From an uncultured archaeon (GTDB lineage Archaea > Asgardarchaeota > Thorarchaeia > Thorarchaeales > Thorarchaeaceae): DNA of 64,000 nt. Under the pieces are notes generated by a model. The model was not told where the DNA came from. It did not search any database and worked only from the letters and a program-made list of their open reading frames with translations. Position 1 is the stretch's first letter. Each line of letters starts with the position of its first letter. A program made the position numbers and the translations under genes. This document shows positions 28,510 to 38,909 of this stretch, piece by piece. The stretch spans positions 64,001-128,000 of the forward strand of contig CAYWJO010000001.1 of assembly GCA_964458565.1 (NCBI GenBank), in the 5' to 3' direction.

Positions 28510-29949
28510 TCAGACCATTCTGAAGTGCCCAGGGCGTGGTTCGAAAACCACGCCATCATCTTTCATTTTCCCAAGCTCCCTCGCTGCAATATGTGTGGCA
28601 ACACCTGCTTCCTCAGCTATCTCTTTTATAGTGGGACCTAGAGACCCACTCTTCCCAGAATCAAGTCTTTTAATTGAGCGTAGTATTTTTGTGTTGTATT
28701 TGTAAGTTGGGTGCTCCTCACCCCAATCTTTCGCGGTTTCTGCTCGTAATGATGTTATCTCAATGTATTCACGTAAAGCTGGTTCGAGTATACTATCCCA
28801 TTCCTTTTTGATATCCTTGGCAGTCACACTCGCTCTCCATCCAGCCCTAGCAGTAGATCGTGCTAGACGAAGTGTACTAAGAGGTCTGCCAAATACATCA
28901 GCATCTAGCAAGTTCCCACGGGTAAGTACATCAGCTCTGAGATCAAAGCTATCTCTGAGATGTTCAAGACGCTCTATCACATGAGCGGTCCCATTATCTA
29001 CACTCTTCTGTGAAACGGTAGGTGAAAGCATTTGGAATGTAATAGCAGATTTGAGAATAGGGAGTCTTAACTCTCTAACATCAGTCCGTTCAATCCAAAA
29101 ATCCTCAGTGGTTAATGCCAGAGGAATGTCAGGGAGAGCAGCTGTGTCTGTATCAGTTAAACTACTAAGAGATACTTCTCGAAACCCGGAAGGATCCCTG
29201 CGTTGAACGCATAACATATCCATCTTCTTCTTGCTTATTTGTCCGACATCAAGACGCCAAATTTTGGGTATATTGACACGCATTCCTCGTACTGCACGGG
29301 TTTTCCAGCGAGTTGAGCGAAGTGAAGGAGGGAGGATTTCCCTCATGAATCTGAGAAGGCGTTTCACTTGAGGTTTTGAAGCTAGCGCTTGAATTCCAGC
29401 CGTGAGACCACCAACACTTTCAAGGTATGGAGGACTTGAAATGTATAGTCGTGCAAAAACACGTTTGCTACTCTCAGCCATTCCTACATGTTCAAAAAGC
29501 ATGCTTGATAATTCTCTGAGATTGAGGGGGGGTTTCATCTCAGAGAGGAACTCTAATTTCTGCGACTCTATTTTTTCAGCCAGGATAGTCCTAGTCACCT
29601 TTTGAGTACGTTCAAGTTGTTGAGGTGCCGCGATATTACGTCCGTATACCTCAATCATATCCCCCTCTTCAGGAAACATTGTCTCATCAGGCATGTAAAC
29701 AAAAATACCCTCTAGTAACCAAGGACTAGGAGTTAGTAGAATGATAGATTTGTTTCTTGTATGTCGCACAAAGCCTCTATATCTATAGTAGGGACCTCGA
29801 ACATGTTCTTCAAATTGATTAAGGAGCAGCCGCTCCCAATGAGTGAATTCAGTTCCCGTACCTCTATCAAAAATATCACTGACAGCAACAGCATCACCAA
29901 GCCGGTCTCGGGTAGTCATATATTTCTCTATGAGATCACGTGCATCCAT
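28510..29949 (-). CDS. Degenerate MCM-like protein (OB-like, inactive AAA+-like, C-terminal wHTH)
   Basis: PLSTLRLARSTARA..VTAKDI resembles the MCM sensor-2 helix; GVVFEPRPGHFR resembles the archaeal MCM WH tail; no Walker A or B. Confidence 0.55.
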   Translation of the reverse strand: MDARDLIEKYMTTRDRLGDAVAVSDIFDRGTGTEFTHWERLLLNQFEEHVRGPYYRYRGFVRHTRNKSIILLTPSPWLLEGIFVYMPDETMFPEEGDMIEVYGRNIAAPQQLERTQKVTRTILAEKIESQKLEFLSEMKPPLNLRELSSMLFEHVGMAESSKRVFARLYISSPPYLESVGGLTAGIQALASKPQVKRLLRFMREILPPSLRSTRWKTRAVRGMRVNIPKIWRLDVGQISKKKMDMLCVQRRDPSGFREVSLSSLTDTDTAALPDIPLALTTEDFWIERTDVRELRLPILKSAITFQMLSPTVSQKSVDNGTAHVIERLEHLRDSFDLRADVLTRGNLLDADVFGRPLSTLRLARSTARAGWRASVTAKDIKKEWDSILEPALREYIEITSLRAETAKDWGEEHPTYKYNTKILRSIKRLDSGKSGSLGPTIKEIAEEAGVATHIAARELGKMKDDGVVFEPRPGHFRMV

Positions 29950-29952
29950 GCT

Positions 29953-30915
29953 TCAAACATCCCCACTCGGATTCTTTAGATACTCTTTATAGGCTCGGGG
30001 ATATCTTTCACCAAGCTCTTCTATTGCTGGAATGCGTTCACTGTAGGGAATATAATGGGAACCAAGTTCTGTTCTCTTCAGTTCTGCATCAATAATCCGT
30101 TTCATTCTACGATTGATTTCAAACCCAATGAAATGTCTCCAATTTGCTTTAGCTGCAACTGCAGTTGTTCCATTTCCCATGAATGGATCCAATACAATAT
30201 CACCAGGTCTGGAAGAATAGTCGATACAGCGCTCTACAACATCTAATGGTAGTTTCGTTCCATTTTTCGTTTCACCAGCACGATACTTCCGTTTAACGGT
30301 CCAGACATCTTCTGGGTAATGCTCTAACTTATTAAAAAAGTACTCAGCTGTGTCTTTCACAAGAAGTAGAACATGGTAATGACTGGTCACGAATTTTCTT
30401 TGTGTGAAAACACCAAAAGGATAATGCCAAATTATGTGATTTAGAATGGAAAGGCCAGCTTTGCGGGCTCCATTGAGAACGGATTCTAGATTAGTCCACC
30501 CACTAAAAATGTAGACGGATCCATCATCTCTAAGAATTCTGGGAATTTCAGCAATCCAATCCCTTGTGAAAAACGTGTACGATCCATTAGCTTCTTCATA
30601 TCCTTCGACTACCAACGATTCATCTCGGTTGTAGACACTACTCTTTCCATCGAAATCGATCCCAAAAGGAGGGTCAGCAATAACAAGGTTGATTGAATTT
30701 GATGAGAACCGACGCATTCCTTGGATACAGTCTTCGTATAAGATTGAATCAAGTGCGGTTGCATCAGATGGATTGTTCGTATCCATGAAAAGCTGTGTTG
30801 CTTCGGATGTTGTCCAATCATGTGTAGGGTGGAAGTAAAACTCAGCAAGATTGGGGATATATTTTCGAGTGCGTTTTTTTCGCGGTTCGAGAGGTATATC
30901 ATCATCAACGGTCAT
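29953..30915 (-). CDS. Beta-class N4/N6 DNA methyltransferase (orphan)
   Basis: DPPF (motif IV) precedes DPFMGNGTT (motif I); no adjacent restriction endonuclease recognised. Confidence 0.9.
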   Translation of the reverse strand: MTVDDDIPLEPRKKRTRKYIPNLAEFYFHPTHDWTTSEATQLFMDTNNPSDATALDSILYEDCIQGMRRFSSNSINLVIADPPFGIDFDGKSSVYNRDESLVVEGYEEANGSYTFFTRDWIAEIPRILRDDGSVYIFSGWTNLESVLNGARKAGLSILNHIIWHYPFGVFTQRKFVTSHYHVLLLVKDTAEYFFNKLEHYPEDVWTVKRKYRAGETKNGTKLPLDVVERCIDYSSRPGDIVLDPFMGNGTTAVAAKANWRHFIGFEINRRMKRIIDAELKRTELGSHYIPYSERIPAIEELGERYPRAYKEYLKNPSGDV

Positions 30916-30939
30916 TCGCTAAGTCGTCCTTCATATTTC

Positions 30940-30979
30940 AAAATGGGATCATCTAATATGTACATTTTCATCCCATTTT
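30940..30979. repeat. Perfect 10-bp inverted repeat (terminator or operator) upstream of the methyltransferase
   Basis: aaaatgggat (30940-30949) and atcccatttt (30970-30979). Confidence 0.55.
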
Positions 30980-31005
30980 AGCCTGTGTAATAATACAAAG
31001 TTGCA

Positions 31006-32103
31006 CTACAGTAAATCGGATGGGTCAACTCCACGAGATATGGCTTTTTGAGTCATCCAATCCATTAGATTCTCTGGTTTCTCCTTGTGTTCAGCAACAG
31101 GGCGATCAATAAGTTTTAGTGCCGCTTCAGGGCATACGATAGCACATACACCGCATCCAACACATCTCTTCGTATCAACAACACAAACATCATCGGGGAC
31201 GCTCAATGCATTAAATTGGCATCGCTCTATGCATGATTCGCATCCTGAACATAAGTCCACATCCACATGAGCAATATAGTCGGATTTGACTACAGCGTGA
31301 GGATAATCAAACTCAGCGATACCTCTCAATATTCCACAGCAACAAGTGCAACAATTGCAGATGTAATTGATTCCATCTTTAACATTAGACGTACAGTGAA
31401 CAAGTCCGGCGGTTTCGGCATCTCGAAGGATTTTATGAGCTTCCTCTTTTGTTATTGTCTTTGTAAGCTCATCGTCATCAAAGGCATTTTCCGTATTAGG
31501 CGCAAGAATTAGACACACTGTAGTTGGATAAGAGCACGGCTCACCTATCAAAGCCTTCTGTTTCTTGCAAATACACTCACGGATGCCCCAAGAAGAAGAA
31601 TTTTCGACAATATCTTGAGCCACCTCATTAGGATATATTTCAAGTTCGGAATCCACAACTTCATTCACAGCTATTACTTTGAAGGGGGCTGGCTCTGTGC
31701 TCAAAACAGTTCTAAAACCATCCTTCAAATAGAATTCTTCGAATCTATGGGCAAAATCGGAATCCATACGTCCTAGTTGTTCTTCATATATTCCAACTGC
31801 AAAGGGCATCAATCCATATCTTCGAACTCCGGTACGCGATGAGGTCCACGCTCTAATCTGACCCTTTTGGTGCATGGTTTCTAGGAGATTCAGTAAAACT
31901 TCCGAATCATAGTCAACACGCTCACTAATCTCAACAAGTGTTTCTCCACGCAGTTTAAGCTCGCAGGCCAATTCTGCTTCTTCTTCGGTGAAAATCCATT
32001 GAAGCAAACGAATATGTTCGTCACCATCTGTTTTTGGGTATGCATTAGGCATCTTATCCAGAATTGCTGCCAAACGATTCCATACATCAGTCACAAATAT
32101 CAC
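31006..32103 (-). CDS. 4Fe-4S dicluster-domain protein with N-terminal HTH-like region
   Basis: CICK, ICNCCTCCC and two CxxCxxCxxxC ferredoxin motifs. Confidence 0.85.
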   Translation of the reverse strand: MIFVTDVWNRLAAILDKMPNAYPKTDGDEHIRLLQWIFTEEEAELACELKLRGETLVEISERVDYDSEVLLNLLETMHQKGQIRAWTSSRTGVRRYGLMPFAVGIYEEQLGRMDSDFAHRFEEFYLKDGFRTVLSTEPAPFKVIAVNEVVDSELEIYPNEVAQDIVENSSSWGIRECICKKQKALIGEPCSYPTTVCLILAPNTENAFDDDELTKTITKEEAHKILRDAETAGLVHCTSNVKDGINYICNCCTCCCGILRGIAEFDYPHAVVKSDYIAHVDVDLCSGCESCIERCQFNALSVPDDVCVVDTKRCVGCGVCAIVCPEAALKLIDRPVAEHKEKPENLMDWMTQKAISRGVDPSDLL

Positions 32104-32151
32104 TCCGGGGATTTCAAAACAGCATTATTCCTGCTTAATAACAATTGAGTA

Positions 32152-33495
32152 TTAGAAAATAGGACAAGTGAGAGTTATACTAAGAGGTTGAAGTTCCTCA
32201 TTTACCTTAATTACAGCTTCTTCACAACTCAGTCCCTTTCCTAGAAGGATATTAGTCATAAGCATTTGAAACGGAGGTAAGAATGGTAAACCACTGGCAG
32301 TGAGTATTTCTTTGTAACGTTTCTGAATTTCCGCATTATGTAGATAGGCTTCAAGTCGAGAGAGAGTTATTCCAGATTTGTGAAGCATATCAACAATCTT
32401 CTCTAGAAAGACATCTTTCGGGACGTTAACTGATGAGCCGAAGTATTGCGCTTTATTCATCTCAAACCACTTCTTAAGACGATCAACTGTACACACTGGA
32501 TGTAACGTGGGGTCATTATTCCCTTCTGAGAGTGATACAACTCGAACGAGACCTCGCTTTTCAGCAGAAGCTATAAAATCCTCTATTTTCGGAAAACCAA
32601 CATTCTGATATTCAACGCCTTGCTCATGCAAGTCCCCTGCTATTTCTGAGAGCGATGTTGACTTATCTGCTTCCACCCGATTTTCCAGTACCTTGACTAA
32701 CGAAGCGAAAGCGGTTTTCGTTGCCTCTGAGATACGTGTTGTTTCAGGAGTATGGGAATCAGGCAACCCGAGAATCGTGGAAGGAAGCTCGCCCTCCAGT
32801 GTCACATATCGCTCTGATTCGGCCCATTTGACGAAGTCCATCCAACTATCAAATCCAATAACCCTTTCATTAAAATTGGGATTGAGAGATTTTATCACAT
32901 GCTTGACGTGTCCAACACCAGGCTTATGACCCCCTTCAGTTACGATTCTGATTGCCTCTTGTAGTTTGACTGCAGCGATTTGTCTAGCTTCAGGACTTAG
33001 TGATTTGGCAGCACAATCCTCAGGATCTGTACAGTCTAAAGGAGAGGGTCTGAAGGAATAGATGTCGCTATACCGAGTTGCTAAATCTGAAAGCTCCGAC
33101 GAGGTAATGACCGGATTGCTGATTAACCAGAGATCGTAACCCTGTTCTTTCAAAGCTCCTGCAATAAGTTTGAAATCACCATCTCCGGTTACCATTATGT
33201 ATTCTCGGACCTCAGGAAAGTGGACAAGGTGCTCCATTATGTATGATGCCATCTTGTAATCACTAGCATTATCTCTTGAATCAGGAACATGAATCAAATC
33301 ATAACCAATTGAATAAAGGTGCTCAGCCATATTTCGGCGTGAGTCCCAATCTGCAAATGCATAAGCCTTCACTACTTCCCCAGATTCTTTAATCGCATTT
33401 GTCATAGCAGTATGAGTAGATTTTTCATCATGGACATTCTCTATGTCCCAGAAGATAGTAAGGCGTTTTTTTACTTCCTCGTCAGTCATTATCAC
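32152..33495 (-). CDS. NYN (PIN-like) nuclease with OST-HTH/LOTUS repeats
   Basis: IFWDIEN and TGDGDF NYN motifs; LOTUS-like FNERVIGFDSWMDFV and YQNVGFPKIEDFI segments. Confidence 0.8.
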   Translation of the reverse strand: MIMTDEEVKKRLTIFWDIENVHDEKSTHTAMTNAIKESGEVVKAYAFADWDSRRNMAEHLYSIGYDLIHVPDSRDNASDYKMASYIMEHLVHFPEVREYIMVTGDGDFKLIAGALKEQGYDLWLISNPVITSSELSDLATRYSDIYSFRPSPLDCTDPEDCAAKSLSPEARQIAAVKLQEAIRIVTEGGHKPGVGHVKHVIKSLNPNFNERVIGFDSWMDFVKWAESERYVTLEGELPSTILGLPDSHTPETTRISEATKTAFASLVKVLENRVEADKSTSLSEIAGDLHEQGVEYQNVGFPKIEDFIASAEKRGLVRVVSLSEGNNDPTLHPVCTVDRLKKWFEMNKAQYFGSSVNVPKDVFLEKIVDMLHKSGITLSRLEAYLHNAEIQKRYKEILTASGLPFLPPFQMLMTNILLGKGLSCEEAVIKVNEELQPLSITLTCPIF

Positions 33496-33679
33496 TACAG
33501 CCTTCAGTCATATGAATGTAAAATTGTACCTATAAACTTCAGGCTTTATCGATATAATAGATAGAATATCGGAGAGCTTCGCAGAGAGTGTGACATGAGG
33601 TCGTAGACATATCTTAGTGGACTCTATTAATGACCATCTGAAAAGTCAAGATAAGAGCACATCAAATTGGCGAATATAG

Positions 33680-34381
33680 ATGGTTCAGCACATCGTACAA
33701 ACAGATTACTCGTATCTCATGGGAGAAGCGAGAAAATACCTTCTTGTAGCACTTGTGTCTATACTTACAGCATTTCCATTTCTTTTCGTTCCAATGTATG
33801 GTGTTTTCATATCTGGAGGGCTACTGCTTTTTTCGGTAAACCAGTTGGGAAAATGGTTCTCTTATGTCAAAGGTGCTTCAGGTGAGAAGAAGGTCAGTAA
33901 AGCCTTACGAAGGCTTGATGATGAGTTTTATCTCTTGGAAGATATTGTTCTCTATCCACAGTCAGGCAATATCGATCACATAGTTCTTGGTCATAACGGC
34001 ATTTTTGTTATCGAAACGAAAAACTACAGTGGAATAGTAAGGTGCTTTGGTGATACTTGGTATCACGCAAGCAATCCGAATACAATGGGAATGAGGATTG
34101 AGAGTGTAAGTCTCCAAGTTAAGAAAAATGCAATTATGCTGAACGCGTTTTTGAAAAATCATATCGTTGGTAACTTTGTTAACAGACTATTCGTTAAACC
34201 TATCATCGTGTTCACCAATGGATCCATGCAAATTTCAAAAAAGAATCCAACAGTCACAATTACCACTTCCAAGAAACTTTCTAAACTTATTATGAATCTA
34301 GATACCGGAATATATTTCTCAAATTGGGAACTTGAAAGGATGTCGCAAGTCATCAAGAGTAAATCCGTCCAAAGTATATGA
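33680..34381 (+). CDS. Membrane-anchored NERD-domain nuclease
   Basis: Two TM helices, then GASGE, NIDHIVL..GIFVIETKN. Confidence 0.85.
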   Translation: MVQHIVQTDYSYLMGEARKYLLVALVSILTAFPFLFVPMYGVFISGGLLLFSVNQLGKWFSYVKGASGEKKVSKALRRLDDEFYLLEDIVLYPQSGNIDHIVLGHNGIFVIETKNYSGIVRCFGDTWYHASNPNTMGMRIESVSLQVKKNAIMLNAFLKNHIVGNFVNRLFVKPIIVFTNGSMQISKKNPTVTITTSKKLSKLIMNLDTGIYFSNWELERMSQVIKSKSVQSI

Positions 34382-34462
34382 TTTATGAACCAATCTTGGT
34401 GGAAGATGCATTTCTTGCGTAGAAAAAGTGGTTTAATATCCAAAAATCAAGATAGGGGGAAC

Positions 34463-36172
34463 ATGAAGCTAGGTAAAGAGAGAGTTCAATCAAGAGCTGT
34501 ATTCATGCTTGTTTTGGTGTTATTTATACTACCTCTACTCCCAAATAATGTTCGGAATCCAGCTGGTTCTATGATTGTAAAAGAATCGAATATCCTGGTC
34601 ACGAGCCAGTTTGATGCCAATTTCACGACATATCTCGGAGGAGATGGGCAGGAAGATGCATCAAAGATAGCGTTGGATGCTGAAGGAAGTACGATATTGA
34701 TTGGGCAGACAAAATCGGACGACTTTCCCGTTACCCCTAATGCGATCCAGCCGGAATATAGTGGAAGCGGCGAGTGGGATGCATTTGTTGCTAAATTCAA
34801 TCCGGATGGAACATTGAATTTCAGTACATACCTCGGAGGAACTCAATACGAACATATTACAACAGTAACATCTGATGATGACCTTAACGTCATAGTATCT
34901 GGTGTCACATATTCAGCCGGTTTTCCTGTTACTGAGGACGCATTACATGATGCTCCGTTGGGAAGTGGTGATGGATTTATCATGAAAATGAGTCCAAATG
35001 GAACTTTAATTTATTCCACATACTTTGGTAGCACAGGAGATGAATGGATATACGGAATGGAATTTGATGTTGAGGGCAACTACATGTTCTCAGGGTATAC
35101 TACCTCGTTTGGATTGTCAACATCTGGTGTTTATCAAGAATCGATTGGAGGCGGGGAAGATGCATTCGTGGCAAAGCTTAGTGCTGATGGACAATCCATT
35201 CTCGCGTTTTCATACTTTGGAGGGATTAGTAGTGATCGAGGTTGGTGTATGACAATTGATTCTGACTATAACTTCTTGATATCAGGAAGAACGTTTTCCA
35301 GTGATTTACCACTTGCGGGAAATACCTATCAAGAGTCTTATGGGGGAGGAGATGACGCATTTCTTGCGAAGATATCGTCTGACTGCACAACGTTGAATTT
35401 CTCCACATATCTTGGAGGAGTAGCAGATGATGTCGGAGGTGGGATAGACGTTGATGGACAAGATAACGTATTTCTAACTGGTTTCACTGCAAGTGATGCT
35501 TTTCCGGTGGTAAATGCATTGCAGAATTCATATGGAGGCGGATTATTCGATGGTTATTTTGCTAAATTCAACGCGAATGGATCAGGTGAATTTGTTTCAT
35601 ATTTTGGAGGAAATAAGAGTGATAGAATCTGGGATATGAGAGTTGATCAATCAGGTAATATGGCACTAATAGGACGCACATATTCGGATGACTTGCCAAT
35701 TCAAAATGCACTGCAGCCAGAACGAGCTGGTCTAGAAGACCTGTTTGCTACAAAAATCTGCTACTGTGGTCAAATAATTCAAGTATCCACATATTTTGGG
35801 GGTACCGGTACCGATTTTGGAGAAGGGATAGCTGCAAGTCCGGACGGTCACTTTGTTGTGAGCGGGATGACATATTCGAATGATATTCCAATTACTAATA
35901 ATGCGTATCAAGCAGTTCGTTCAGGCAGTACCGATGCCATAATAGTACACAATATTTTCGATCAACCTGAAAATCCAACGACTACTTCTTCAGTACCAAC
36001 CACTACATCAAGTGAAGCCACAACTACGTCAACAGGTTCCTTAACAGTACCTTCAGAAACCACATCCTCAACGACCCCTGTCACAACAGATAATACAGTA
36101 ATTCTCGTTATCACAGTGGGTTTCGGAGTAGTTTTTATTCTGGTGATTTTTATTGTAATGAAACGCAGATAA
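34463..36172 (+). CDS. Surface SBBP-repeat (beta-propeller) protein
   Basis: Signal/TM segment; repeated STYLGG / G.T.S.DFP / DAFVAK units; Thr/Ser linker; C-terminal TM plus KRR. Confidence 0.88.
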   Translation: MKLGKERVQSRAVFMLVLVLFILPLLPNNVRNPAGSMIVKESNILVTSQFDANFTTYLGGDGQEDASKIALDAEGSTILIGQTKSDDFPVTPNAIQPEYSGSGEWDAFVAKFNPDGTLNFSTYLGGTQYEHITTVTSDDDLNVIVSGVTYSAGFPVTEDALHDAPLGSGDGFIMKMSPNGTLIYSTYFGSTGDEWIYGMEFDVEGNYMFSGYTTSFGLSTSGVYQESIGGGEDAFVAKLSADGQSILAFSYFGGISSDRGWCMTIDSDYNFLISGRTFSSDLPLAGNTYQESYGGGDDAFLAKISSDCTTLNFSTYLGGVADDVGGGIDVDGQDNVFLTGFTASDAFPVVNALQNSYGGGLFDGYFAKFNANGSGEFVSYFGGNKSDRIWDMRVDQSGNMALIGRTYSDDLPIQNALQPERAGLEDLFATKICYCGQIIQVSTYFGGTGTDFGEGIAASPDGHFVVSGMTYSNDIPITNNAYQAVRSGSTDAIIVHNIFDQPENPTTTSSVPTTTSSEATTTSTGSLTVPSETTSSTTPVTTDNTVILVITVGFGVVFILVIFIVMKRR

Positions 36173-36182
36173 TCTAACACGT

Positions 36183-36204
36183 GGACGGAGTGTCTTCTCC
36201 GTCC
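36183..36204 (+). terminator. Hairpin after the SBBP gene
   Basis: ggacggag-tgtctt-ctccgtcc. Confidence 0.5.
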
Positions 36205-36331
36205 TACATATAATTTTCACACGTATATTTATGCGGCTATAATGAAATCATAAACCTATCAAAATCCAATTCTTTGGTCCAAGTTGGTTTTTGTTCAATA
36301 AAGTTAAGAAGCCTATCCTATTTGTAATCAC

Positions 36332-37420
36332 ATGGATTTAGATAGCCGTCTCAGGCTCATAATGGGCGTTGGTGAAGAAGTCGTCACTCCAGAAGAATTG
36401 AGAATACTACTCGAAGAAAAGAAACATCCTATCGCATATGATGGATTTGAGCCATCTGGATTAGCACATTTACCATTTGGAGTATTTAGAGCACTTCTCT
36501 TGAAAGACTTGATCAAAGCAGGAGTTAGATTCAAGCTGTGGCTAGCAGATTGGTTCGCATGGATAAACAAGAAAATGGGTGGAGATTTAGAGAGAATTCA
36601 GAGAGTTGGAGAATACTTTGCAGAAGTCTGGAGAGCTGCTGGAGTACCAATGGAAAAAGTGGAAGTACTTCAAGCATCCGATGCGATGAATTCGATTGAA
36701 TATTGGGAACGCGTTGTTCGGATAGCCAAGGTTACATCAGTTGCACGAGCAACAAGAGCGCTAACTATCATGGGAAGAAAAGAAGGAGAGATGACAGAAG
36801 TCGCACAATACTTCTATCCAATGATGCAGGTGGCAGACATATTTCATCTCGAAGCAGATATTACACAACTTGGACTTGATCAAAGACGTGCAAACATGTT
36901 AGCAAGAGAAGTGGGTCCCAAGTTGGGATGGTGGAAACCTGTTGTGATAAGTCATCACATGCTGATGAATCTTGAAGGTGCTGCTGAACCTGAAGGTTAT
37001 GATGATGAAAAGGTTATGGACGTACAAATTGCATCTAAGATGAGCAAGAGCAGACCAGAGTCAACAATCTTTGTTCATGATTCCTTTGACGAGATAAAAG
37101 ATAAGATCAAAGGTGCATTTTGCCCACCCAAAGATGTGACTAACAATCCACTACTTGATTATGCGAAACATTTAGTCTTTAGGTCGTTTGATAGTATGAA
37201 AATAGAACGCCCGTCCAAATTTGGAGGCGATTTGGAATTTGTTTCATATAACGAACTTGAGAACACGTATAGTGAGGGAAACCTACATCCAATGGACCTA
37301 AAGAATGCAATGACCGTATACATCGACAAGATGATTGAACCTATTAGGTCACATTTTGAGAAGAAAAAAAGTGCACACAATCTATTTGAACTTGTGAAAT
37401 CATTCGAGATAACTCGATGA
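36332..37420 (+). CDS. tyrS: Tyrosyl-tRNA synthetase
   Basis: YDGFEPSG, YPMMQVAD, GLDQR, KMSKS and LHPMDLK. Confidence 0.96.
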   Translation: MDLDSRLRLIMGVGEEVVTPEELRILLEEKKHPIAYDGFEPSGLAHLPFGVFRALLLKDLIKAGVRFKLWLADWFAWINKKMGGDLERIQRVGEYFAEVWRAAGVPMEKVEVLQASDAMNSIEYWERVVRIAKVTSVARATRALTIMGRKEGEMTEVAQYFYPMMQVADIFHLEADITQLGLDQRRANMLAREVGPKLGWWKPVVISHHMLMNLEGAAEPEGYDDEKVMDVQIASKMSKSRPESTIFVHDSFDEIKDKIKGAFCPPKDVTNNPLLDYAKHLVFRSFDSMKIERPSKFGGDLEFVSYNELENTYSEGNLHPMDLKNAMTVYIDKMIEPIRSHFEKKKSAHNLFELVKSFEITR

Positions 37421-37426
37421 TGGAAG

Positions 37427-37822
37427 TCATTTTGGCGGCCAGCTGATATAGTCAGTGTTAGGTTCAGTCCCTGAGAAGATGTAAATGATAACATATACAG
37501 AATGAGAGCAATCCTCACAGGTATAAGAGTTCAATCTGACACCCATACCATCCGCACCCCGAAAGCCATATTTTTTGGCAAATTTCTGGGTGTCATCTAT
37601 CTTTACCTCATCAACCCAATCCCATCTAAGAGTACCTGAGCATTTAGGACAAAGCGTTGGTTCATCAGCCCTTGGATTCAATTCGAGGTAGCATGTTCGA
37701 GTATCATTAGGTGGTAGTAATTCAGTCCCCCTCGACCTAGGTAGAAGCTCACGTTTGATGTAGTCATATGTGAATTTTTTACTCATTAGATTGCCTCTGT
37801 TCATATTTGTTGATTCTTTCAT
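37427..37822 (-). CDS. Hypothetical zinc-ribbon protein
   Basis: CPKC...CEDC; start codon uncertain. Confidence 0.55.
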   Translation of the reverse strand: MKESTNMNRGNLMSKKFTYDYIKRELLPRSRGTELLPPNDTRTCYLELNPRADEPTLCPKCSGTLRWDWVDEVKIDDTQKFAKKYGFRGADGMGVRLNSYTCEDCSHSVYVIIYIFSGTEPNTDYISWPPK

Positions 37823-37848
37823 ATAGAGTCTTGGTCATACCATTAAAG

Positions 37849-38241
37849 TCACACGGTTGAGTTGGATAATTCGATGTGTACAATATTTAGTTCTTCAGCA
37901 TCTAATTGATGTCTATGTCGTGCAAGTAATCCTGGTATTGACGCGATTTCAGGATTCTTGAGTTCTTCATCCAATAGAAATGTGAGGATGTCCTGATGAT
38001 AGTAAGTAACTAGCATACCTGGGGGATTTTCTGATATATTTTGATCGAAATTACCAGCGGGAGTTCTAGGAACAATGAAACCATATTTTTTCAGTATATC
38101 AATGGCATAATCTTCTGGCTTATAGGTCGCCTCATCCCAGAAAACACAGGTTCCATGTTCAAACAATATCCAAGTTCTTCCCTCTTTAGCTAGAATTCTC
38201 CATGCTTCAATACGACGCAGGGTTAGCTCCTCTTTATTCAT
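37849..38241 (-). CDS. Hypothetical protein
   Basis: 130 aa with a WILFEHGTCV segment; family not identified. Confidence 0.6.
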   Translation of the reverse strand: MNKEELTLRRIEAWRILAKEGRTWILFEHGTCVFWDEATYKPEDYAIDILKKYGFIVPRTPAGNFDQNISENPPGMLVTYYHQDILTFLLDEELKNPEIASIPGLLARHRHQLDAEELNIVHIELSNSTV

Positions 38242-38345
38242 GGAATCAAGAAAGTAATAATTCTTGATAAAGAAATCTTAGAGAATATTGAATCCATTGG
38301 GAATACTATGAAATAGATGCTCAGCTATACATTTTGTTGTGATTA

Positions 38346-38888
38346 ATGATGGCTAAAGACCAAAGGAATACAATCCTGCTAGAGCAAGTGGAAGAATTGA
38401 CCCCACGTGTAGGATTTCTCTTCTCAATGATGCAGAAAATTAGGGAGAAACTGCTTCGCAGGATAGACGAGCTAGGTTTCGAAGAAATGCACTATAGTCC
38501 CCATGGTAGAAGGATAGAAACTATTGGTACGTCATTACTTCATATTGCAGCAGTCGAATGGTCATGGATCTTTGAAGATATCGGAGATACTCCGATGGAT
38601 TATGAGAAATGGAAACATGCATTTCCGTTGAGAGAAGATATAGATCAACTGACGGGGAAGGATAAAGATTTCTATCTCCAACGACTTTCTGAAGTGCGAA
38701 AAGAAATTTTTGATTGGTTAAAATCAATCGATGATGATACGCTTGATAGAATGGTACCCCTCGGAGATACGGATGTCAGTATTGAATGGATACTGTTCCA
38801 TCTCATAGAACACGAGGCTATGCATCTAGGACAAATTTCAATTCTTTCACGTATGTACGACATGACTAAGGTAGAGGTTCAGGAATGA
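38346..38888 (+). CDS. DinB/DUF664 family protein
   Basis: TIGTSLLHIA..E..W and HLIEHEAMHLGQI. Confidence 0.85.
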   Translation: MMAKDQRNTILLEQVEELTPRVGFLFSMMQKIREKLLRRIDELGFEEMHYSPHGRRIETIGTSLLHIAAVEWSWIFEDIGDTPMDYEKWKHAFPLREDIDQLTGKDKDFYLQRLSEVRKEIFDWLKSIDDDTLDRMVPLGDTDVSIEWILFHLIEHEAMHLGQISILSRMYDMTKVEVQE

Positions 38889-38909
38889 TAAAATCGTTCT
38901 AACATTTTA

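Noticed and set aside
33585-33645. Possible C/D box sRNA
   Set aside because: A CTGA is present but there is no proper RUGAUGA box C or terminal stem.
29953-34381. Methyltransferase, NYN and NERD genes as a defence island or prophage
   Set aside because: The genes are interleaved with a metabolic Fe-S gene and differ in orientation, and I saw no integrase, att sites or obvious composition shift.
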